From the NCBI GenBank assembly GCA_964019335.1, contig OZ025670.1, positions 558,001 through 622,000 on the forward strand: a stretch of DNA of 64,000 nucleotides. The letters run 5' to 3'. This DNA is from Diplonema japonicum (Eukaryota; Protista; Euglenozoa: Diplonemea). The notes beneath the pieces are model-generated. The model was not told where the DNA came from, did not search any database, and saw only the letters and a program-made list of their open reading frames with translations. Both the position numbers and the translations under genes were made by a program. Below are positions 22,704 through 35,744 of the stretch, one piece after another. Each line of letters begins with the position of its first letter. Positions within the stretch are counted from its first letter, which is position 1.

Positions 22704-25262
22704 ATGCCGGGCAAGAAGCAAAAGGCAAAGGAGCGTCTGGACAAGTTCTATGACTTGGCCAAGACGATGGGTTACAGGAGTAGGGCTGCGTTCAAGCTGA
22801 CGCAGCTCAACAAGAAGTACGACTTCTTAGGAAAGGCAAAGACCTTGGTGGACTTGTGTGCTGCCCCAGGGAGTTGGTCGCAGGTGGCGGCGAAGGAGAT
22901 GCCTGCATCATCAACGATCATTGCTGTCGATTTGGTGAAGATAGCACCCCTGAGGGGTGTGAAGACCTTGGTGGGTGACATCATGACTGACAAGACCCGT
23001 TCGCAGATCAAGGCCATGCTCGACAAGAGAAGGTGCGAAGTCGTCGTCCACGACGGTGCGCCTAACGTTGGAGGTACATGGGCTAAGGATGCTTACAACC
23101 AGAACTTGCTGACGCTGAAAGCGTGCAAGTTGGCATGTGAGCTTCTGCTCCCAGATGGTTGGTTCGTTACAAAGGTGTTCAGATCCACCGACTCCGAGCG
23201 TCTCGTGTGGGTGTTTAAGCAGGTGTGTGTTTCTCTTAACTGGAAACAACGAGGAAAAGAAAAATAATTCCCCCCCCCCCCCACAGCTGTTCGAGAAGGT
23301 TGAGAAGTTCAAGCCCGCCGCTTCGCGTCAGCAGTCAGCTGAGGTGTTCATTGTGTGTGCAGGGTACAAGGCACCCAAGAAGCTCGACGCGAATCTGTTC
23401 TCTGCAAAGACCGTGTTCGAGATGATCGACGACGGGCAGGTGGTGGACAAGACGGACCCCACTCACCAGAGCAAGCGTGTAGAGTATGTTCCATTACCTT
23501 TTCCTACTTCGTACCCACAGCACCTCGTACCCCGAGGGGAAGATGCTCCTCTACGAGAAGGTTGGTGTCGAGGACTTCCTCAGCTGCGAAGACCCCAAAC
23601 AGTTCCTCCAGATCTACAACGAGATTATTTGGGACGGCAGCGAAGAGCTGTTGGAGCACAAAACGACTAACAACGACGTGAAGGAGTGCTTCAAAGATCT
23701 TAAGGTGTGCCATTTTGCTAAAAAATAAAAGCTACCCCTCAATCAGGTGATAAGCAAGTGGGACCAGAACAAGCTGATCAAGTGGGCGAAGGGCATCAAC
23801 AGGGAGAGGCAAGACCTTGCCCGTGACATTCGTGCTGCGGACAAAGAGGCGGAGAGGCTGGGGGCGGAACACGTTGAGGAGGATGACAACGATCCCGAGA
23901 AGATCATGAAAGAGATCGCTGACATGCACAAGCGACAGGACAAGGCCAAGAAGAGGGCGGAGCAGAAAATGATTAACAGAAAGCTGAATGAAGCAGGGAA
24001 GCTGGGCTACAATCCTGAAGTATGCAAGCCAGCCTGGACACACAGTACCACAACAGGAACAAGAGGCATGCAAATCGGACTTTTATGAGTTCTCGAAGTC
24101 GGACCTCACGAACGTTGCTGCGGACATTAACGAAGATGACTACGATGGCAACGCCGATATTGGTCTTGATACGGAGATCGCAGGGCTGGACATCCACCGC
24201 ACCGACCATCAAGGCAGAGACATGGTATGGGGAGGGTTCACACACCACACAACACGCAGGTCATGGATGTTGACTCCGGAGACGAAGAAGACGAGGAAGA
24301 AGACGATATGGAAGAGGAACGTATACAGAAGGGCATCACCCCCAAGGAGCAGCAGGCCCTCACCACAGGCGACTACTACAAAAGCATCGAGCGTGTCTTC
24401 AACAACGCCTACAGGAACAGGGAAGACTACGAGTCCGACGAGGCCATCTCTGACGAGGACGAGGCGTCGGACACTGGGGTCGAGAAGTGGATCTACACCT
24501 CCGAAGAAGGTGACAGCTCCACTGACGACGACGAGGACTCCGACTCTATTGCGCAGGTATGTTGATGGCGGAAGAGGTACAACGTAACCACAGGAACGCG
24601 CAAAGAAGGTTCGGAAAACTGAGACGAAGTCTGACGCCGCGACAGACCCTTCAATGACAGTGCAGCAGGCTATGCGTTCTGACAGGTTGCAGAAGACGAA
24701 AGCGAAGAAGAAGAAAAGGGCACCCAGTGGATTTGAGGAGATCCCCACGGAGATGCGGGACCCTGAGGTCCGTGCCAGGACTCTTGCCATCGCGCAGCAG
24801 ATGCTGGAAGGAAAGAGGAGAAAACGAGAGATCCTGGAGGACGGCATCCACAGGTACTGCCATGGCTCCAGCGAAGGGCTCCCCCAGTGGTTCGTCGACG
24901 ACGAGAAGAGACACCATGTGAGGCCCCTGCCTGTGACAAAAGACGAAGTAGAGGCGCACAAGGCACGCTTCAAGGAGATCGACGCACGACCTGCCAAGAA
25001 GGTCGCTGAGGCAGTGGCAAGGAGGAGAAAGCGTGCTTCTGACAAACTGCGAAGAATCTTGGTGAAGGAGAAGTCCGACCCCAGATTGAAGGGCACAAGC
25101 GAGCGCCTCACCGTCCGTAAGTTGATGCGAGGCAAGGAACTCAGGCGGAAGAAGGAAAACAAGGCACAGGACGGTAAGAGCATGGCCGAAGACAGATTGG
25201 CCAAAAAGAAGGCAAAGCTCTCCGGCAAACATAAAAAGGCCGGCGGCAAGCGTAAGAAATAG
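22704..25262 (+). CDS. SPB1: pre-rRNA 2'-O-methyltransferase SPB1/FTSJ3
   Basis: RLDKFY..GYRSRAAFKL, DLCAAPGSW, HDGAPNVG, Spb1 C-terminal LPQWFVDDEKRH and ARPAKKVAEA. Introns 23223-23286, 23484-23520, 23705-23746, 24020-24056, 24225-24259, 24557-24593. Confidence 0.95.
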
Positions 25263-25497
25263 GATCAAAGTAACATCCAGGGGGAGGGGGTGGTTGCACA
25301 CACTTTACTATCTTTATTTTCGTTTCATTATATCACCCCCCCCCCCCCCCCCCCTCTTTTCCTTTAACTTTTTTTGCTTACGAGCATCTCCTTTTTTGTT
25401 CTTTTCCCCCATTCCACTTTATTCTCAGTTTCCTTCATCACCATCATCATCATTATTATTATCATTGCATTTGCCCCCTACACTGTCCGCAGGCATT

Positions 25498-26488
25498 ATG
25501 GCAGCAGAAGATGTAGTTGTAGACCACTTTAGCGTGAGTGATGCTAGCGACGAGATGCCGTGTGCACTGCCTGTTCCGGTGCCGCTGTCCACCTACACCC
25601 GTGAGCAGGTTGCGAGGCTGCAGGTATGTGCATAGTCCGTGTCTGGAATCTGATTCTTTTCTTCAGGACGAGATCCGTGGCCTCAAGCAGGAGATCGTGA
25701 ACTTGAATCAGGAAAACTTAAGCATGAAACGACAACACGAAGCTGAGCTGCGGAAGGAGAAGCGGAAGTACGCTGAGCTCGTGACGACGATTAGTGAAAG
25801 CAATACCGAAGGGCACAGAGTGCAGTTGTCAGAACCAAGTACGGGGAGCAGCCCTGTGCAAGCATGGTCTAGCGAGGCAGGCATCAGCCATGTCTGTAGC
25901 GAACCTGAGGAACGGCCTGTGACGAAAACTGACAGCATTTTAGGAGCTCTGAACGCATTCCAAGAGCACTCTCACAAGTCTGATAAATTCAATGTCACGA
26001 TGTTGCACAACAAGGCACGCAGCCCCCGCTCCTCTCCGTCTCTGATTCCCTCGCCTGTCCCGGAGCAGATCATCCCAAAGCCCTTCCCGTCTCCCTCAGT
26101 ACACTCACCATTGCTGTCGCGGCAAGTTTCTGCTTCGCCTGTGAGGCAGGCCTCTGCTTCACCCCTTTCAAGAGCGTCGTCAAAGTCTTCCGGGAGAGGC
26201 ATCAGGACCACTCCCCTGCGGTTCGTCAAACCCCCGCCCGTAATGCTGACCCTCACTGCACAGAAGAGAATCAACGACGCCAAGAGCAACAAGGCCAAAC
26301 AGGCTGTCAAACTGCGCAAGCCTGTTCGGAAGCCGTCTCCGAGCCCCATGCGACCACCACCCACCCTGGCACCAAAGCCAGCTGCCAAAATCACATCCGA
26401 CCATGCACGCTACCGTGTGCACAGCAACAGCCCTCAACCATCTCGAAGAAGGCCTCTCGATGTTAGCCCGAGACACCGCCCTTGTTAA
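25498..26488 (+). CDS. hypothetical protein (short coiled coil plus Ser/Pro/Arg-rich tail)
   Basis: ATG after a ccgcag acceptor. Intron 25624-25666 joins two ORFs in frame. Confidence 0.75.
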
Positions 26489-26569
26489 TGTAGTTATTAA
26501 TGTAGTAAAGTGTATTGATGCTCTTGCAGCTCTCGTGCCAATAATTTACTCAGGATATCAGCAATTATC

Positions 26570-28715
26570 ATGTCCGGTGTAGAAAGCAATGCACCAAGAG
26601 GTATGGGCAGAGGCCGGGGGAGAGGACGTGCAAAGGAGATGCCAGCAGCTACCCCGGAACCTGCACCCATGCCTGCGTACACTATGAAAATGGAAGAGGT
26701 TGCAGGCGGCAGTGCGTACCGCCCAGGAGGATTCGGTAGAGAGGTGAAAGGAAACCCTGAGAATGTGTATGGGACAGATGAGCTGCGGGATATGTACAAG
26801 CCTACCCCATACCCGGAGACGATGCCTAGGGGCGAGCACTCGTCGGAAGCCCCAATCAAGCCACGCTTCAAGCTCCAGCAGGAAGAGACGAAGACGGGCC
26901 TGAGGTGGGATGATCCTGCCTGCTTGAAAGAAAAGCCAGTCGCTACTGCCGACCCCGACTTTTTCTGGTCTGCTCCTGCCGCAGCAGAGCCCGCAGCTCC
27001 CGCAGCTGCTGCACCACCCGCCGCATCTTCTGAGCAGCTAGAGCTCCAGAAGCAACTCGCAGCGATGACGCAGAGGATGGAGCTCATGGAGAAGGTATGG
27101 ATGTCTTTGTTTCGAATACCAAACAGAAAACCCGAGAAGCTGAAGAACAAAAGGAAAGGGAAAGGGAAGCTGCCCTGGCGGAGGTAAGGAGGGAGAACGA
27201 GGAACTGAAAGAAAGGCTGAAAAGAGAAGAGGAGGAGCGAATGCTAGACCGGCGAGCTGAAGAAGCGGAACAAGCAAGACAGGTCGAAGAAGAAGCCGAA
27301 CGGGCAAGACAGGCAAAAGAAGAGCGACGCATGGCAGACATGCAGAGACGTGAGGAAGAACGACGAAGGGAAGAAGAGAAGAAAGAGAACCAAAGGCGGG
27401 AGCAAGAAAAACGAGAGCAGCAGAAGCGCGAAGCTGAAGAGAAGAAACAAAAGGAGCGGGAGCAAAGGGAAGAAGAGAGGAAAAAAGCTGAAGCAAAAAG
27501 GCAGGCTGAAGAGGAGAAGAAAAACGCCGCCCAAACGAAGAAGACGCCCGCCAAGGGGGTGTGGGACCTGGTATGCATCAAGGCAGCATGACAGAACGTC
27601 TACAGGATGACATTGAAGAAGACGAGGCGCCCAGGGAGTCAAGGACCATTGTGGTATGCGCCCCAACATCATCCACACCTGCAGATCGCCTCGAAGCCGG
27701 CAGCTAAACAAGCAAAGAAGCAGCAGCAGAAGCAGCCCACCGCGGACAACTCTGACTCTGACGAAGTGGACTTTGCCTCTCTGCATAGCGGCCTGCAGCA
27801 GAAGAAACAGCCAGCGAAGAAGCAGAAGGAGAAGGCTCCTGCCCCAGCACCCAAAGCAGGGAAGGCAGCGAAAGGCCAGTCGATCAAGGATATCCAAAAG
27901 CAGCAACAGAAGGAGTCCGCTGCTGAGAACCGACAAAAGGTAAGTTTATTTAATGAAAGATATCATCAACAGGAAACCGAGCGCAAAGCGGAGGAAACTG
28001 CCAAGGCAGCCGCCGCCCCTGTGACAAACGCATGGGGCGCGACAGCATGGGGGAAGACGCCGGCTGTCAAGAAGCAGAAGACGCTGAAGCAAATCCAAGA
28101 GGAGGAGATGAAGAAGGCGGGGATAGTCCCGCAGCAGCAGGAGGCGACGAAGAAGAGGAAGAAGAAGAAGAACAAGGTGGACCATTCCGCTGTGGATGAC
28201 GAAGAAGAGGACAAGGAGCAGGAGCAGGAACAAGAGCAGGAACAGTTCCCTGTCTCAATGGGTCCTGTCATCGATGCTGACCTGTTGAGGTGGACAGAGC
28301 AGAAGCTGCGCTCGTTCATTACAGCGAAGGTATGACACCAGAAGCCACATCAACACAACAGGCGGGTGTTGACATTGAAGCTGCTGCGGTGATCTTCTGT
28401 TCTTCGTCATCTAAGGACGATCTGCGGACAAACGTAAGCGATGTACTGGGGTTGAGGAAGGGAGCAAGCCAGTTTGCTGAGGACTTCATCTTAAAGAAGT
28501 GGCCTGCTGCACAACTGAAGGCAGCGATGTTGAAGGGAGCTGCGCAAAAGGCGGAACAACCGAAGAAGTCACAGGTGTGAAGGCACACCACACATAACAC
28601 ACCACACTCACAGGGCAAGAACCGCAGTAGAAAGAACAACGCTGGCAACACTTTGCTGAACTTTGGTGTCACGGCCGGCAGTTCTTTTAACGTTGGTGAG
28701 CTAGAGAGTCTTTAG
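26570..28715 (+). CDS. GIGYF/SMY2-like translational repressor scaffold (no GYF domain seen)
   Basis: VYGTDELRDMY, E/R/Q coiled coil, AWG motifs, TLKQIQEEE, W..VD..LG..FAEDF domain, LLNFGV..NVGELESL end. Introns 27095-27126, 27571-27605, 27654-27684, 27940-27972, 28330-28361, 28575-28613. Confidence 0.7.
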
Positions 28716-29320
28716 CCTCTCACAGCCACAGTGCTGTTGTTTACATGAGGACGTGCGCCCCACCTTATACACCACCCCACCCAGACCTCAGAAGGTCGAT
28801 CTTTTAGAAGTTTTTATTTTTGAAAGGTTTTTTTTTTTAGAGACAGGGGACAAGGACCTCATTTCATTGGATCTAACCTTTCGTGAAAGATGATTCCTTT
28901 TTTTTTTTAAAGCTGTCTTTTGAAGACAAAGTCCGTGTTTTATTTTTATTCGTGTCCCCCCCCCCCCTTTTTTTTCTTCGCCTTGTCTTGGTTTCTCCCT
29001 AGTCCCTTTGGGTCTTTGCCCACCTTACGCCCCTACCACCTTAGTTTTCGAAGGATTTAAAAAAAAGAAAGAAGAGAAAAAGAAAGATCCTATTCCCCCC
29101 CCCCGTCAAATAGTCATTTTTTGTCCCCCCTTATAAATAAAGTACTAATGTTGCTTCCCAATCCCCAGCTCCGTTATGCTTTTCACCCCCCCCCCCCCCC
29201 CCCCCTTCCCCATGTTTCTACGTTATGCCTTTGGTTTTTTTGCCCTCATTTTTGTGTGCCCTCAGAGTTGTCTAATCACTCTTCTCAGGTAACACCCGGG
29301 GAGGGGGTAAGGCTTCAAAG

Positions 29321-30859
29321 ATGGAGGAGCTGCCAAACAACAACAGCTTCAGTGAGGCGCCTGACAACTGCAATTCAATTACAGTATGGAGGGACACCCT
29401 TCCTTTTATGCTACACCACCCACACAGATAGGTGCCGTGCACTATGACAGAAGCAGCTTGTTGGAACAAACCAGCAACCATGTAGTATGTGGGTTCGGGT
29501 GAAGAAACAAAATGAAAAAGAAGCTGCAGATGCGTTTGAACGGAAAAGAGTTTCCGATCCACAGGCCGCTCCTCGCTCCTGTGTCGCTGTACTTCCAGCA
29601 GGTGCTGTCCTCAGAGTGGATGGAGAGCAAGCGGCGCATCATCAGTGTAGACATTGACGGCGTGACCCCAGCTGAGTTCGAGTGGGTCCTTAAGAACACC
29701 TACGGAGAGGAAAGCAAGGCGCTCAACAAGAATCAAATAGAAGGCACTCTGAAGATCGCATCGTACTTCCAACTAGAGCCGCTCATCCACAGGATTCAGG
29801 AGGTGGTGAGGAAGGTTATTCTCACAGCCTCTGAGCTCATCGACCTGCAGATCACTCACTCTGGTGTGTTGGACTCCGTCGCAGATGTGATCCAGATTGA
29901 AGACGAGGATGTTGAAAGGCTGCTTTCAGTCGCCACCTCTGTTGGCGCGACGAAGATGGAACGGCGGTGCGGCACTGCGCTCGCCGAGAAGCTTCTTGTA
30001 AAAGACGCAGATGTTGATGAGGTAGCAAAGCTCCCCATCTCTGCCCTGTTGGGGTGCTTCTCCTCCGACAACATGTCAGGCCTTCCCAACGAGGATGCCC
30101 TCTTCGACCTCATCTACGCGTTGTGCGCGGCGCAGGACTACCCGCACGATGTGGAGCTTGAGTTCGCTGCATGCGTGCGGCTGCAGTTTCTCTCTGTGCA
30201 TGGGATCGAGAAGGCGTCAAAGTGGGAGGCTATCGACAGGAATTCCATCATCGCTGCACTCGCCAAGCAGCGAGACCCGAATGCATTCTCGGAGGTGGCG
30301 AGAGAGAATTCCAGACGCTTCTACGTTGCATTCTCTTCGGATCTGAGCAAAGGAAGCCTCGCCTTCCATGACAGTTGCACGACGGTAACACATGTGTCCA
30401 AGGTCCGTGCTGTGGCAGTGGTTGACACACCATGTGAGCGGGGTAAGGTGGTCAAGGTTACCTTTGTTCTGTCGAACGACAAGAAAGGCGACGAAGGAAC
30501 ATGCTTTGGTGTGGTTTCCCGGCTGGAGGTAGGCCCAGTGGACTACAGGGAGGCTGTGGGTCCCCTGTGGAGAGCATACAACGGAGAGATCAGAGAAAAC
30601 CGTGCAGTGAGGACAGAGATAGAGAAGCTCCATCCTAAGGATATCGCTACCTTACAGATAGATGGGATCCTCAAAAAGGTTGAGTTCATCAAAGACGGCA
30701 AGAGCCTCGCCACCCGGGACTGCATCCCGGACTCTGCTTGGCCTGTATGTTGTTCTTAAGGTTCAAACTAGGAATCACAAATTCACACAGCTGTGCCCTG
30801 CCGTGTGGTTCTACGGCAACAATGAGAAGGTTGTCGTCCAGAACACAGCCTGCAGGTGA
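29321..30859 (+). CDS. BTB/POZ - BACK-like - SPRY-like protein
   Basis: FPIHRPLLAPVSLYF..WMES (BTB), NEDALF..VRLQFLS (BACK), beta-rich C-terminus ending LCPAVWFY. Introns 29384-29427, 29485-29529, 30745-30790. Confidence 0.85.
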
Positions 30860-30919
30860 AGTGGTAGCCCTCCCCCCTCCCCTTTCTGTTTTCTTTTTTT
30901 TTTTTCAAAAAAAAAAAAA

Positions 30920-31216
30920 GTGGTGGGGATAACATGGAAATATAAAGATGTACATCAGATGTATTCGCTGTTGACCTCCTCGTCGGTCATCACCGCTAGC
31001 ACCCTAGTAGAAGAAGCAGATGCTCAGGGTGACGAATAGGCAGCAAACTGCACGAGTGCAGAATCTTGATTACCCGGGACGCCCCGGCTTGAGTTGAGCT
31101 ATGCACACCGCACGCATTAAGGACACGACGCGGAACGCAGAAGCAGCTACAGCTCAGCCGAGGTGCGCCCCCTGTTGTCAAGTAGACAGTGCTTGTGCAG
31201 GGCGCCCCCACCGGCT
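30920..31216 (-). mobile_element. short non-autonomous retroposon (ingi/RIME-like), copy 2
   Basis: Colinear and highly similar over ~300 nt with 58873-59180 (shared blocks gacctcctcgtcggt, ggcagcaaactgcacgag, cgcacgcattaaggacacgacgcggaacgcagaag). Confidence 0.8.
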
Positions 31217-31851
31217 TCTATTCTCGCACATAAATTATCGATCCCCCCCCCCTAAAGATTTCTTTTTCTCGTAAAATAATTTAGGCTCCGCACCGTTATT
31301 TTTCTTCCTCTTTCCATTTTAATCAGGTACACCTCCCTCCCCAACGGAAATCGAAAAAGAAGAAAAAATAAAAATCACCGTCCGCCTTTGTCTGCAAAAG
31401 GAGGAAGGGGTTTTTTTTTATTCTTCTTTTTTTTTCTCCCCCCTGCCTCTTGTTTTAACAGTATTACTGTCGAAACTAAAAACTGGTCGATGGAGCCAGA
31501 CTAGTTTTTATTTCTTCTTCTTTTTTTTCCTCTTTACTGTAGTACCAATCAGTGAACGGCCTGATTTTTTTTTCTTGGGCAGAAAAAAAGAAGTTGAGAG
31601 CAGGAAGTAACATCCGTCTTTCCTCCTCGAGCCAAACCGTTCACTAGACAACAACAACAACCAAAACGATAAAGATGAAGCAATGGGCACCTTCCACTGC
31701 ACACTGAGACTTTACCGTTTTCTTTTTCTTCTTCGAATCTCTCGACATTTTCCAATGTCCTACTCCTCACTCCATCCTTTCTTTTGTCCCCCCCCCCCCT
31801 CCCCCTCCCCTCCAAACAGAAACGTTAGTACTACAGGACGGCACGGGCAAG

Positions 31852-32949
31852 ATGCGGGCAACGGGGTTGTTGCTGAAGGCAGTGACGCCAGTCTTTATGC
31901 TGTCGACTATCGTGTATGGGTTGTTGCTGAACTCGATTCAGTTGCTGTGCAGCATCTTCCTCATTCCGATCTCGAGGGTGCTGTACCTGCGGGTGACGGC
32001 ACCGTTGTACAAGCTGCTGGCGTTCATGTTCGTGTGGTTCCTGGAGTGGGGCGGGCTGTGCACGATCCGCGTCCACTCTGCGACGCCAGTTGCCGAGCTG
32101 CTCAAGAACCACAGCACCATCACAACATACAATCACGTCGGCAGCATAGACTGGCTTGTCGTCTCATGGGTCACCGATCGGTTTGGCAAGCTAGGGTTTC
32201 TCCGCTGCCTCGCGAAGCGAAGCCTGATCGTAGTCCCCATCCTCGGTTGGTCGATGTGGTTCTGCGATTTCATATTCTTGAAGCGAAACATGTCGAAGGA
32301 CAAGCGTGCACTGGCAGACGGCATGAAGCACGTCCGCAAAGCCCACCGAGGTGACTCCTTTGGAAAGGTCCCCTTCCAGCTGGTACTGTTCCCAGAGGGG
32401 ACCCGCAGCACAACGGACAAAATGAAGGAATCCCAAGAATGGCAACGATCACAAGGCATGGTCCCCATGAAGCATGTGATGTACCCACGGACCAAGGGCT
32501 TCATCCAGTTGTGGGACGGACTGGGCGACAATGTTGATAAGTTCCTGGACATCACTCTAGGCTACCCTGAGGGGTGCCCGTCTTTACCAGCATTGTTGAG
32601 GGGCGTCGCCAAGCCATGGGAAATCCATGTTTTGGTCACATTGAAGCCCCGCGAGGAGATCAAGGAGGCGGAGGCCAAGGACAATCTAAAGGGGTTCCTC
32701 GTTGATGTTTTCAGGAAGAAGGACGAGGCCCTCTCCTACTACCGCAAGCACGGCACCTTCGAGGAGCCGGAACTCTTCCCAAATGAAGGTAGGCTCGTCA
32801 AGAACAATGTCCTTCCCTGGACAGTTGTTGTGGCGGTGCAGGCCTCCATCATCTACTCCCTTTGCACTTTCCCCCTTACTCTCACACCGCTCTACTCACT
32901 TCTCGGACTCTACGCAATAGTAACTTTGGTTTATATCTTCCTGATGTAG
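31852..32949 (+). CDS. 1-acyl-sn-glycerol-3-phosphate acyltransferase (AGPAT3/4-like)
   Basis: NHVGSIDW (HX4D), FIFLKR, LFPEGT, YPRTKGF; N- and C-terminal hydrophobic helices. Confidence 0.92.
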   Translation: MRATGLLLKAVTPVFMLSTIVYGLLLNSIQLLCSIFLIPISRVLYLRVTAPLYKLLAFMFVWFLEWGGLCTIRVHSATPVAELLKNHSTITTYNHVGSIDWLVVSWVTDRFGKLGFLRCLAKRSLIVVPILGWSMWFCDFIFLKRNMSKDKRALADGMKHVRKAHRGDSFGKVPFQLVLFPEGTRSTTDKMKESQEWQRSQGMVPMKHVMYPRTKGFIQLWDGLGDNVDKFLDITLGYPEGCPSLPALLRGVAKPWEIHVLVTLKPREEIKEAEAKDNLKGFLVDVFRKKDEALSYYRKHGTFEEPELFPNEGRLVKNNVLPWTVVVAVQASIIYSLCTFPLTLTPLYSLLGLYAIVTLVYIFLM

Positions 32950-34240
32950 TCTGGATCAGAGATCAGAAAAAAAGAGAAAAAAGAAAAAGAAGCTTCAGTT
33001 CTCCGTTTTTTTTTATTCATTTATACATTGCACCTAGGTCTATCTTTGCCTGTGTTTTTTTTTTTGTTTTTTTTTAGAAGGAGACCAAGTGGGGGGATAA
33101 CACTGTAATGTCACCCCCCCCCCCTTTATTTTTGGTGGATCATTGCTCGTGCTTCTATCTGTCATAAAACAAAGAGGGTTTTTTTTTCCCCCTTTATTAT
33201 TTTTCTCCTCTGAGTCTAGGCGTGTGTGTGTGAGATAAAAAAAATGGTTTTTTTTTTCTTTATGGGGGAGGGGTTGGGAGGGGAAAAAAGGTTTCCCCTT
33301 CCCTCCCCCCCTATTCAGGCAAAGGTGTTTTTGGTGTTGTAATATATGGAGGGAGCAATGGAGAACAGGAGAAGAAGGGGGAGGAGGGAACAAAAAAAAA
33401 AAGAATATGTTTAAAATTGTTACTGTAATGTGTGATGCGAAGCTTGCTCTTTTAAAGGGCAGGAAAATAATAGGACGGTGAATTATTTTTGCCTAGTGCT
33501 ACCAGATTTTACCCCCCCCCCCCCCCACTCTTTTTCTCTGATTCTGTTACGTGTTTGTTTTTTTTTTCTTTTTGAAAAAAACTGTCAAAGAAAAAAAGAA
33601 GAAAAAAAGGAAAATAAAGAGGGCTCAACTTGAGCTGTATGCTCGATTCGGGTTTTTGAGCAAAACTGCTAGAGACCAGCAAAATAACTGCAAACTATCA
33701 AATCAGGCTGAGATGAGAGGGAGGTCGGCCATACCTTGCATCTGTCAGTCTAGATACTCCTCATTATGGAGAAAATACTTGTGCGCTTATTGCTTTTTTT
33801 TTTTTTTAATCCAGTAAGTCGTTACTGACATCAGAATCCCCCCCTCCACCCCTTTTTTTTTATTTCCTCCGATGGGTCGCAGCAACCCCCCATCGCAGTG
33901 AAAGTTCGGTGCTGTCACGCTTATTTTAATCCCCCCCCCCCAGGTTTTCCGTATTTCTTTTTTGTTTCTACTTTTTTTTCTTCTTTCCTTTCCATTCTCT
34001 TCTAAAGAAGAGAATATCAAAATTTTTGCATGTGGCATATCAACCCCCCCCCCCCCCCCCTTCCAGCTCGGGTCGTTATGACACGAAACTGTTGTCGGCC
34101 CCCCCCCTCCCCTTCTTCATTGTAGCTCCTTTTTTCCCCCCCATGTTACATGTTCCAACACCAATTTTTTTTATTTTCTTCCCAAGGTGGGTGGGAGGAG
34201 AGAGGGTGGGAGGGGGCAAGGTGGTGGTCAGCCACCCACC

Positions 34241-34717
34241 ATGAGCAAAGGGATATATCCCAATGCGAAAAGGGCGCTGCAGAAGGTCCGACGGACATCT
34301 TCCTTTGGGAGCAGCTGCGAGGATGACACCAGCTTGGATCGAGAGAGCGAAGAATATATGGTATGCGAGAAATGTCTCTAAAAAGAAATAAACACACAGG
34401 AGTTACATGGGAGCTGTCGACTACCATCAGGTGATCTGGACCCGGGGGGAACTCAGAAAACCGCGAGACCACCTGAAGAGTGCAGCAATCACGACGACAC
34501 CGAAACAGGGGGGGAAATGGTTAGTTATGGGGACTGGAGTGACGTGCAAACGTATGGAAAAAGAAACAGCATAAATAATATTACCAGATGGCGGCCGACA
34601 ACAAAAGCGAAAAAATATAATAATGGGCAATCGCCGTACCCCGCGAAGCTCCCAGGGCCGCAGCAGCAGCAACCCCGTATCAGGTCCAGACTCATCTTTG
34701 ATGAGAGGTGCGCGTAG
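34241..34717 (+). CDS. small hypothetical protein
   Basis: Intron 34361-34399 (gtatg..acacag) links two ORF pieces in frame. A second, in-frame intron 34552-34587 is probable. Confidence 0.6.
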
Positions 34718-35193
34718 CATGCTGGGGGAGGACGGTAAAAAAATAAAATGAGAGAAGAAAAACAGAATATCAGCCATACAACCGTTTCCGCACCGACATT
34801 TCCATGCCGGGATTTTTTTTTTTTTTGTTTGTACTCTTATCCACGATCTGCAAGAAAAAAAAAAAGAAAATGAAAAGAAAAAGTCCCCCCCCCACCCTCC
34901 GTTTGGTAAGAAGAATATTTTTCTTTCTTCTTTTTTTTTTTTCCGTGGCCAAAGTCGACCTTCTTTGTGTTTTAGGACGCTTAAAGATTACTTTAATGCA
35001 TTGCAGCTAAAAGAACAAGCAAAGGTTCCCCCCCCTCGTGTATTGTGTGGCTTCAGGATGCGCGCACCGGGGACCCCATCTATTTTCCTCATTACCCATT
35101 CGCATAGTTTTTTTTTTTTTATACACTCTCCTTCTTCTTTTTCTTACCCTCTACTACTTCGTTCATATCACCGTTTTCCCTTTTTTTTATATA

Positions 35194-35680
35194 CTGAACC
35201 CGCTGCTACAATGGTTGTCACAGCTACGCTGGGTGGAGAAGGACACCGCCTCGGAGGTGTCGGCGGTGGAGCTAGCCATTGACTTCGAATGGACGACCGG
35301 TAAATCATTAGGAGGCCTGCTGGAAGATAGGGCACGCAGAATCAAGGCCCTAATCGTAAAGATAAACGCAGCGTGCAGGGCACGGAAGAAGCGACGCCCC
35401 TTCCCAGCGGATGAGCAGAAAAGGGTGAAATCCCTCATCGCCATAGGAGGAAAGGCAGCTATAGGCTTCTCCAGGAGGCCCATTTTTTGCTACCCAGTCC
35501 ACGCACGACAAGCTGATGGATTTGAAGGCCGCCTACAAGCGGGATCGCATCACACGACTCCGCAAGACGCTCACAGCCACAATCGGGATGAAAGCAATGC
35601 TCCAGAAGGGGAGTATTAACAGATAGACCCCCCCCTCCCATAGGGCGGCCCTCTAGCGGGGGGCTTGTCCTGTACTTTGA
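35194..35680 (+). pseudogene. 5'-truncated fragment resembling the C-terminus of a non-LTR retrotransposon ORF
   Basis: No start codon in the coding frame. LQWLSQLRW..VSAVELAIDFE..G..SL..IG..GF.RRP.F recalls LINE-type ORF ends. Probable frameshift in a T-run near 35483-35488. Confidence 0.45.
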
Positions 35681-35744
35681 GTTTTATATGCTCAACGAAC
35701 GGTGTTCGACTGTCAGGAAGGGAGAAGGGGGGCAAAAGGAAACA

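Noticed and set aside
33088-33110. Fourth retroposon copy (gtggggggataacac)
   Set aside because: Similarity ends after ~13 nt.
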